Assembly: GCA_964016885.1 (NCBI GenBank)
Contig: OZ024743.1
Span: forward strand, 66,712,001 to 66,776,000
DNA from: Eledone cirrhosa
Taxonomy: Eukaryota
Direction: 5' to 3'
Length of the DNA stretch: 64,000 bases
In this document: positions 54,801 to 64,000 of the stretch, one piece after another
Layout: each line of letters opens with the position of its first letter
Position numbering within the stretch: position 1 is the first letter of the stretch
Made by a program: the position numbers and the translations under genes
The notes under the pieces: model-generated
What the model was told of the DNA's origin: nothing
Databases searched by the model: none
Seen by the model: only the letters and a program-made list of their open reading frames with translations

Positions 54801-55174
54801 CATTCCATATTTAGGTATCCGAAACACAAAACCTGTTTATTTGGTCTCCATCTACCTACCTTCTATTGGCTTACCTTATGTTAAAAAGAGGAGAGAAGTT
54901 GTCACAGCTTCTTAGTTTAATGGTAAAACGTCTTGCCTGTAGCTGGGATATTTGGTGTTTAATTCCTCAGAGCGGCTGATAGCAACTTCCTTCTTATGTC
55001 TTTTAAAAGTCTTCACCTTATTTTATAAGCTTATTTATAGCATTTCTGCACTTGAACATTGTATATATATATTATTAGTAGAGATTACATTTTTAAGCAA
55101 TAGATTACTGTAATTTATTGCTTAAATTTTAATTTGTACTAATAGTAAATATTTTCTCTACAGATTTATATCCA

Positions 55175-55262
<88 letters not shown>

Positions 55263-57239
55263 TCTTATCGAATTCTCTTTGGATTTTGAAGTTTGTATTT
55301 GTTATTGATACACACACACACGCACACACACACACACACATACACACAAACACACACACACACATGTATATTATGTATTTATTCAATTTGAACGTCATAG
55401 AACTAGTCATTCATGACAGAGTCGAGTAAGTATCGAGTACTCCTTACAGCTGGTAATATAAAAGAGCTGGTGAGTCAAGTAATAAAAAAGAAGAGAAAAA
55501 AGAAAAAAAAAAGAAAAAAAAGAAAAAAGAGAAAAGGGGAAAATAAAATATCAAAAATAACATTTCAAATATTGAAGGCAATGGTGGTGGGGAGATTGTG
55601 ACTAAGAAAACAAAAGGAAACAAGGGAAGCTGTAAAACAGAAGTTTCTCTTGTTAAATATTTTCGTAGCTTCCATGTGCTCAAATATTTTGTTTATATTT
55701 GGTAGACATCTTATCACATATGGACGAAAATCCGGCTTCATACATTATTTATGTATATAAACAATGTACGAAACCGGATTTTCGAACATTTTATGGAGTT
55801 TTTCATATAAATAATACACTTAGATAATTCATTATTCCTGACAAAGGATTGACGGCATTGAGATTCTTTAATAATTTTTCTAATGCATTATTGTGACACA
55901 AATGCGACAATTTGATAGGAAATTCAATAGAGTCTCTTGAATATTTTCATTAATTGTTAATTGTTTAATTCAAGTATATTTATGTCAACGCATCAGAATA
56001 TGTTTACGTATTGCATAGAAATATGAGGACAAGAAGACAAGCAAATACCAGAGCTTGTTCGGCTGTTTCTTCTCTGTATCGGTCGCCGTTAGGGCCTCAG
56101 GATATCGGATATCGGACAGCTGACATCCTCCGTACACTCAGATCGAAAGCAGCCCATTCGAAAAAGGAGCCCCGCGAGGTTGTGTAGCTTTTGTAGCGGA
56201 TGTCGTTGGAAATTGTCCGCGGAAATGCCTTTGCCATTTTGTCGGAGGATGCAGCCGAAATACCACCATGATCTAGGTGGAGTGTCTGTTATACTCTCCC
56301 CTCCCACATCATTTCTTCTTTTGTCTAGCAGTCCTTGTTCTTCCTCGTCTTTTCCTCTCATTTATTGCATGTGTACTCTTTTCCAATGCTGCTTTCTTTT
56401 TATGTATGTTTAATCAATCAATAGTTATATCAACAATATGAATTATAACTTATGAAATGATCACATATTTATCTTTTTCATATTAATTTAATTAATTTGT
56501 TTCGGTTGTTGAATACAATCAGGGGTCTCTGCCTCACCTGAAGGTCAATAGTTCTCTTCTAACTCGAGCAGGAGCGCTTTTCCATTGTCAATTTGAATTG
56601 ATCATCTGCAAAGCCGCATTGTTCTCAGAACCACTACACCAGTCTTTTGATGCGTGCAGCTGGAACTACTGCCACCCATTGATTTGGCAGGATTTTATTT
56701 TCACATATACACACATACACAAACACACTCTACATACATACACATATATACACAGACAAACGTGCAATCAATCCTACACACACCCAGACAGTACATACAT
56801 ATTTAAACATTTTTGGATGGCCGTTGACTCTTATGAGTTCTTCTGAACTTTCTTAGGTTTTGTTTTTTGTGCTACAGAGTGTCCAGAATCCACCTTCTCA
56901 CCAATTAAACTTGGTGGGGTTGCCGGTTTAGTCACCAACGACCTGACGATGTGATTTAAGTTATATGAATAAACATTATTGTCTCTGAGCGAGACGAAGC
57001 GAGATTATATTCGAATTAACAGAAACATAAGAAAGCTCATCGCAAGAACAACTATTAAAACATCCAAATGGTGTCAACGATGGAGATGGGCAAAAATGCC
57101 TCAGAGGATAGCGACAAGCCACGAGGTGGGCTTTGTTTCATCTTATGGTTCATATTACATTTCCCACAGTTTTTTCTATTCATCAGATGTATGTAATAGC
57201 CCGTGCAACTCCGGGTAATTTATATATATATATATATAT

Positions 57240-58539
57240 ATATTCATTAGTTAAGCAAAACAAGACCACAAATTTCAAAAGGAAGACATTATTAATAGAT
57301 TGTCAACATAGTTTTAGTTTGATGTAAGGAATGTAGAGAATAATAATAATAATATTAATAATAATAAACCTTAAATTAACCAACATTGAACACTCACTAT
57401 ATGGGATATCTTGGCTAGGGCCCAACCGTTCAATGGTCGAAGAAACTCTTGTGACCTCTGTCTTACTGAAGCATATTACATAACTCTATCACGACCTTTA
57501 CCGATTAACGATAGAACGGAGGTAACTATTAGCTGTCAACATCGAAGAGCTAATCCCTTCGCCAACAGAATATTTGACCCAACATAGTCATCTAGCCCCA
57601 TTTTTACTTATAGCTAATAAGTTAAATAGTTATAGCTAACTTAGATAATTATAAGTTACCTCCCTTACATTGTCTCTCAATTAAAAATTAAAAAATTAGC
57701 ACTTCTTAACTATAAACTACCCACAATTTCTAATTTCTCGAGGAGTTACTGAAACCACCCTATAATTAGTAAGGTAAATATGTCCATTGGCGGCCATCTT
57801 GTTACCCATAGGCAGATCTCACACAATGCAGCCTCGACAGAAGAATACTGCTCGACTATGGCAGACAATAGATATACCCAGGACACCATAGTGAAATACC
57901 AATATATGGAACATTACATTCATGTAACATTCTTTCCTTATTTTAATTTATATTCCTTTTGAAGTTCCGATGAGCTGCTCTAATTGTACCTAGGTTAATT
58001 ATTTTCAACTGAACCAGATCAATAATGATCTATAATCATTTGAACCAGAAACATTATATGGAGTAGCGAAACAATTGTAAACGGACATTATTATTGTTAA
58101 TATTACGCATAGTTACGTTCCTTTACGGTCTGAGTTCAAATCCCATCGAGGTTAACTTTGCCTTTCATCCTTACGGAGTGATTAAAATAAAGTACCATTA
58201 ATGTACTGGGTAATTGCTGGCCTTGTGCCAAAAGTAGAAACAATTATTATTAATATTATTATTATTATTCTCTACATTCCTTACATCAAACTAAAACTAT
58301 GTTGACAATCTTTTAATAATGTCTTCCTTGTGAAATTTGTGGTCTTGTTTTGCTTAACTAATGAATATTTCCAGCTCTGTGCACCTAACCTCTGCATAAA
58401 CCCAGCCACGTAGCTGCCTTCCACTGCATATTGCACATTGAGCACATGCCTTTACGCTTTGGCCTCTAACTAATTCACCAATCTCTCTTCTCCTCTCCTA
58501 TCTCCATCTCTCTCTTTAAGATTGGTTACTCTTGAACTG

Positions 58540-58540
<1 letters not shown>
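57240..58540 (+). mobile_element. 5'-truncated Naiad-type PLE with inverted 5' arm and nested SINE
   Basis: About 57367-57588 encodes ..WDILARAQPFNGRRNSCDLCLTE..INDRTEVTISCQHRR. 57240-57350 is inverted against 58260-58368. SINE (+) at about 58105-58255. Confidence 0.85.
57964..58082 (+). ncRNA. Hammerhead ribozyme with U4C core and about 80-nt loop II insertion (family H)
   Basis: GTT CCGATGA GCTGCTC...GAGTAGC GAAA CAATTG TA| AAC. Confidence 0.7.
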
Positions 58541-58574
<34 letters not shown>

Positions 58575-58589
58575 CATATATATATATAT

Positions 58590-58850
58590 AAAGGTTGGGT
58601 AAAATTTCCAAGATCCATGGACGAGTTCTCTCCAGCCGTCTCTGTCCCTCATTATCGCGGCCATGTCCTGCGTCTCCAAGAGACCAGTGTCTGTCCTTAG
58701 GGCATTAACATATGTCAACCTCAGTCTCCCTCTTCTAACGTCTCCATGCAAGGGCTCCCACAGGATCATTGAGTGCAGTGTCATTCTGGATGTCGGTGAG
58801 CATGTCCAGCTAACCTCAATCTCCTCTGTGCCACACGCCTTCACCAAGTA
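58590..58850 (-). pseudogene. RTE-like LINE 3' fragment
   Basis: ILWEPLHGDVRRGRLRLTYVNALRTDTGL...MRDRDGWR. Confidence 0.75.
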
Positions 58851-59054
58851 ACACCATGTCGTCTGTAAATTTCAGCCGATTTTACACGTCAGTCGTGATA
58901 CTACTTCCAACCCGGCTGCGCATCTCAAACCTATATATGAAAATAACGAACTGGGGAGGTGACAGTGCGTATCCTTGGCAGAGTCAGATTTCCACATTAA
59001 TTAGTTTCGATTTAGCACCATTTATCCAAAGACAATATTCGTGCATGAACATAA

Positions 59055-59236
59055 ATAATTGTTTCTACTTTTGGCACAAGGCCAGCAATTATCTCATGTA
59101 TTACTGGTACTGTATTTTATCGACCCCGTAAGGATGAAAGGCAAAGTTAACCTCGGCGGGATTTGAACTCAGAATGGCAAGGGCCATAACTCTATGCTGC
59201 AAAGCATGGCACCCGGTCCTTTACCGATACTGCCAA
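59055..59236 (-). mobile_element. tRNA-derived SINE (OR/Meta-like)
   Basis: Same family as 32770-32950. Confidence 0.85.
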
Positions 59237-59449
59237 TACATATGACATAATAAATATAATATAATATATAAATATTAATATAATATATGTATTAAACTAA
59301 TTAGACCACTTTCCAACAGAATACTCGATACTTGGGATAATATAGTATGGCTATATTAGAATGAGTAGGGGGCCCGATGACTGAGCTATTGCCGTTTCAA
59401 CTGCTTGCTCCAGATTGTTCTACTACTACTACTATTACTAGTACTACTA

Positions 59450-59573
<124 letters not shown>

Positions 59574-59622
59574 AAGTTAGTGTTTCCTTAAAACAAGGAA
59601 AATCAGATATAAAAGGATGATG

Positions 59623-59669
<47 letters not shown>

Positions 59670-60129
59670 GAACTCATGCATCCAGGCTTATCAATTTGTT
59701 AATGAGCCGAATTAATTCTTTGATGAAGAACTGAACTAAATATAAAAGAAAAAAAAGGTTTAGTTTGTTGCTGTCTTAATTCCCGTGGAAAAGATCTGTT
59801 TCTGAGTGAGAAACAGGCTTGTTCACTAATGGTGAGAAATATGATAAATAAAACCAGAAAAACATACATACACACATTCATACATATTCACACACTTTTA
59901 TACACAATCCCACACCTTCACACACAGATACGTACGTACATATATATATGCATATTTATATATACACATACATTCATGCATACATACCTACATCCATACA
60001 TACATGCATACACACATGCATCCATGCATGCATACATGTATAAATCCAGGCAAACGTACATACACACATTCATACATATTCACACACTTTCCCAGACATT
60101 ATCACACATTCTGACAGACACACATACAT

Positions 60130-63030
60130 GAGGAGGATTGCAGCATCTTCACAGACGGTTGTCGTCTCTTATTGATTCTTCGTTATCATCCCATCTGCGT
60201 TTATGACTTCGAAGATGACTTTGTAGGCCAGCTGTAGATCTGCATGGCTTACAACACAGGTGACAGATGAGAGTTGTGCTTTCCACAGGACCGGTGGTGT
60301 CACCCTGTGGGACACAATCTTTATGTACCACCATGTGTCTTTTTAGTCTGAAACTAGTTCTACACACTTTGTTGCATATCACGAACGTTGTTTCGTTAGG
60401 TCTTTGTTGAGTGGTGTTTCGGGTGGTTATCCTTTCATGTGACTTCAGGTGATTAACATAACCAGCCTTTGAGAGGAGTACACGCTGACAGAAATTGCAT
60501 GTCCAACTAGTGATGACTTCATCAAGACTGAGCACAGCCCTTCCGGAGCTGACGCTTCAGTTGTTCTAGACGACATTCTTCAAAGGTTTTGCAACTGTCC
60601 TTTATGCGCTTTCTCCACTCAGCCTTATTTAGAACTATCTCCCCCCAGTTGTCTATATCAAATGCCAGCTCTTAGAGATTGTTCTTGATGCTGTCCCTGA
60701 ACCTCATTTCGGTTTGTGTTGTGGCCTATTTCCAAGATGGAGCTCACCGTAAAACTGTTGCTTCGGGATCCTGTTTTCTTTCATGCGGACGATATATCCT
60801 GTCCAGTGCATTTAGGAAGATATTACTTGGAACTCAATGCTTGGACATTCTGCTTTGATAAGGACATGGATGTCAGGAGTTCTGTCTTGCCACTTGATGT
60901 CGAATATACGCCTTAAATATTTTTGCTGAAAACGCTCAAGCAGTTAAGTGTGTTTACGGAATAGCATCCAGGTTTCGGCGGAGTATAAAAGAGCAGACAG
61001 AACACATGATCTATATACACACCTCTTGGTATTTTTGGTAATGTTGTGATTTTCCCAAGCTCACTTTTCCAATTTTCCGAAGGCAGGGGTAAACGTTACT
61101 TTGGTCTTTTTAAGGCTGATTGTAAGCCCAAATGCTGCACACGAGGATGAGAAACGGTACTTAATGTGTTGCATGTCACCTTCTGTGTGTGCTAGGAAGT
61201 CAGCGTCGTCGGCGTAAACAAGCTTGAAAGGTTTTGTCTTGTTGTTAAACCTGCTTAAGTTGAAAACCTTTTCCGTGGTTCTGAACCGTAAGAGAATGCT
61301 TCTGTCACAATCATGGAAAGCATGTGTGAGCAAGGCAGTAAAGAAGATGGAGAAAAGTGTAGGAGCAGGAATATCACCTTGCTTTACCCTGTTGTCAATT
61401 GGGATTTACCCAGATAGTTGACCATTGAAGGTGACCCGAGCTTTCATATTTCTGTGCAGCTACTTTAGCATATCAAAAACTAGGGTGGACATCCTACTTT
61501 TCAAAGTATTATCCAGAGTGCATCTCTGTTAACTGTGTCAAAAACTTCGCTATGTCGACAAAGACTTGATATAGAGGGACACATTGCTCAATGCATTTTT
61601 CTTGAATTTGTCTTACAAAGAAAATCATGTCAACTGTTCCTCTTCCTCCTCTAAAACCACTCTGTGATTCTGAGATAACTATAGAACAGATATTCTCCTC
61701 CAATCTGTGGAGCTAAAGTCTTGCGAAAACTTTGCCAACAGCTTCCAACAAAGTGATGCCATGGTAGTTTCCACGTATCGATTTTTCACCTTTGCATTTG
61801 TATAATGATAACAGAATACCGTTGATCCAGTCTTGCGGAAACGGGGTCCCATTCCAGCAATCAGTGATGAAGTTGTTTATAGCTTCCGTTTCATTATCAC
61901 TACCGACTTTCAGCAATTCGACTGGGAAACCATCTGGACCTGGTGTCTTGCCAAAGACAACCTGCTTGACTGCCAGCTTTATTTCATCAGCAGAGCGAAG
62001 TCGATCCATACGGTGGACTGTTTCACATTGAGGAAGGCCCTCTCTCACTCCAAAATTGACTGTTGATGAGTTATCAAACAGGTCAGCAAAATGTTCCTCC
62101 CAACGCTGAAGGATTTTTAATGGCATCGTCTTTAGATTTCAGAGGAGGTACTGAAGATGTTGGTGGGCCGAAGATTAGGGCTATCAATGAGTAAAAGCCT
62201 GTTGGATTTCCGAAGAGATCTTACTCCACCACTCATTTTGCATCCTGTGCAGTTCGCGAGCATTGAAATCACACGAGCATTGAAATCACTGAGAAGTGAT
62301 AATTTATCGTCAGCAGGTGTGCATGCAATGACAGCACGAAGAGGCTCATAGAAAGAATCAAAGACCACCTCACTGGACTGTAGGGTTGATGCATAACCAG
62401 GTAAAAGTGTTACACAACGGCCATGTCTCAGATGAATACGAAGCTTCATAATACAATCGGTTACACCAATAGGACATTCCATACGATCAAGCAGGGGTAT
62501 TCTAATGGCAAAGCCAACACCGCCCTCTCTCCGTTCAGCTATGGGTTTACCTACCCTCGAAAGAGAGAAACCTGATGATTCTTCTGTTAATTGATCTTCT
62601 CCCGCCAAACGTGTTTCAAATAAAGCTGCTATGTCTATGTTCAATCTTCTGAGTTCTTTTGTCTCAAGTGTAGTTCTACGCTCCGGTCGGCCAGACGAGT
62701 TTCTGTCTAAGAGTGTCAACAAATGTTGAGTTTGACTCGATCTTTCGCGTATTTTTTGCTTTTTGCTTTATTCTTATTCCTGCTCGAGTGGGGCAAAGTA
62801 AGCTCAGGGCACCTGTGTGTAGACTTGTGACTATAAGGTTCCAACTGGTTAGGTCTGCACATGTTACCATTCGTCTATCACCGCAGTATTCCAGAAATAG
62901 GATAAAGGTAGAAAGATGTAAGAGACATCTGTACATCAGGATATTATAGTGTACAACACGAGTACCACTCTCTGAGTATCCGCAACTAGAGTACAGTGAA
63001 ATGCCGACGCAACATGACTGGAGGTTGCAT
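60130..63030 (-). mobile_element. Near full-length decayed RTE-clade LINE (APE endonuclease, RT, C-terminal C2H2 fingers)
   Basis: RPERRT..ELRRLNIDIAAL.ETRL, GVGFAI, SDFNARV. GKTPGPDG, NYHGITLL, ESQSGFRGGRGTVDMIF, YADD, FGLTISLKKT. Three CxxC..H..H motifs. Confidence 0.93.
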
Positions 63031-63867
63031 CAACTGCAGGTACATACACACATACATACACTGATACATATATGGATGCATGCATACACCCATGCATGCA
63101 TACATAAATAGACATAGAAATAATAAGACATACGATGTAATTTACAAACTACAATATATTTCCCCTTAGTTAACATTGTATGATAGATATTGGGTGGTGC
63201 ATGTCTTTGTATAAAGGTGTGTGTGGCTTTGTGATTAGGTGTGTTCGACATATGATCTTATTATAGACGTGAATTCGTTTCCCGGTGGTGCGTTGTGTCA
63301 TTAACCAATATATTTTATTTCACGTCACTCCAGGTCAATTAACCAACTTCCCTACACACACAAGTTGTATCTGAAAATAAAAGAGCCAGTATTGTTACAC
63401 ACTGTGTCCCGTTGAATCTCCCTGAGAAATATGTTATTTGTAATATTGGTTAAATATGTGAAAGGTAATATTGGTGGAACATTATCATCGATACGAATGT
63501 ATTCCTGAGTTTTATATTGAATAATAATATTCGATTCGTTTGCAACCAAACAGCCACATTACGCTATGTTTTTTAGACGAGTATTGTCATCCCTTTGTTC
63601 TAGCTGTGAGTGAGAGAAACGATCGACATTAATACTATTTCTGGGTATTTGCCCTTTGTCAAGATTCTGTATCTCTCTTCTCTGTCACGTCACTCACTAT
63701 AGAACTCTTAAGAATATATAGTATTCTCCCTAAGTATACATCGGCTGATTAACCTAATTTGCATACCGTGCGATTTTACGGCTGGCTTTGATGAAAATTA
63801 AAAAGAAAATTAAATTCCCTCTAACATTGCGGATACATAAATGCATTCGTGAGTTTTATATCGATTA

Positions 63868-64000
63868 ACAATAATTGTTTCTACTTTAGGCACATGGCCA
63901 GCAATTACCTCAGTGTATTACTGGTGCTTTATTTTATCGGCCCCGTAAGGATGAAAGGCAAAGTTAACCTCGGCGGGATTTGAACTCAGATTGTAAAGGG
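63868..64000 (-). mobile_element. tRNA-derived SINE (OR/Meta-like), cut by the window edge
   Basis: Same family as 59055-59236. Confidence 0.85.

Noticed and set aside
55724-55783. 22-bp inverted repeat (cgaaaatccgg.ttc.tacatt)
   Set aside because: Real, but isolated and without a TSD. Probably internal to an old transposon.
63352-63549. Possible host exon (65-aa non-repetitive ORF); likewise 56089-56361 and 30596-30853
   Set aside because: No recognisable domain or convincing splice context. Cannot be supported without homology or RNA data.

Overview
Repeat-saturated eukaryotic DNA with no recognisable host gene. The SINE, microsatellite and transposon content suggests an octopod cephalopod (inference). 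Bases 1-13.6 kb are a C-rich 44-bp satellite. The rest is a mosaic of (TA)n/(CA)n tracts, Penelope-like retroelements (PLEs; Naiad-type and Neptune-type), a decayed autonomous Helitron with non-autonomous relatives, RTE/CRE/CR1-like LINE fragments, tRNA-derived SINEs and MITEs. The main signal missing from the ORF track is RNA structure: about 14 type I hammerhead ribozyme (HHR) motifs from about 8 sequence families, read by eye on both strands. The best candidate for an undescribed system is a near-identical, non-coding, highly self-complementary 466-bp tandem unit with one HHR per monomer (38642-40425). It resembles a retrozyme or circular-RNA element mobilised by PLEs. A second 657-bp HHR unit lies at 24714-25598. 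All folds and boundaries were assigned by eye and none were computed.
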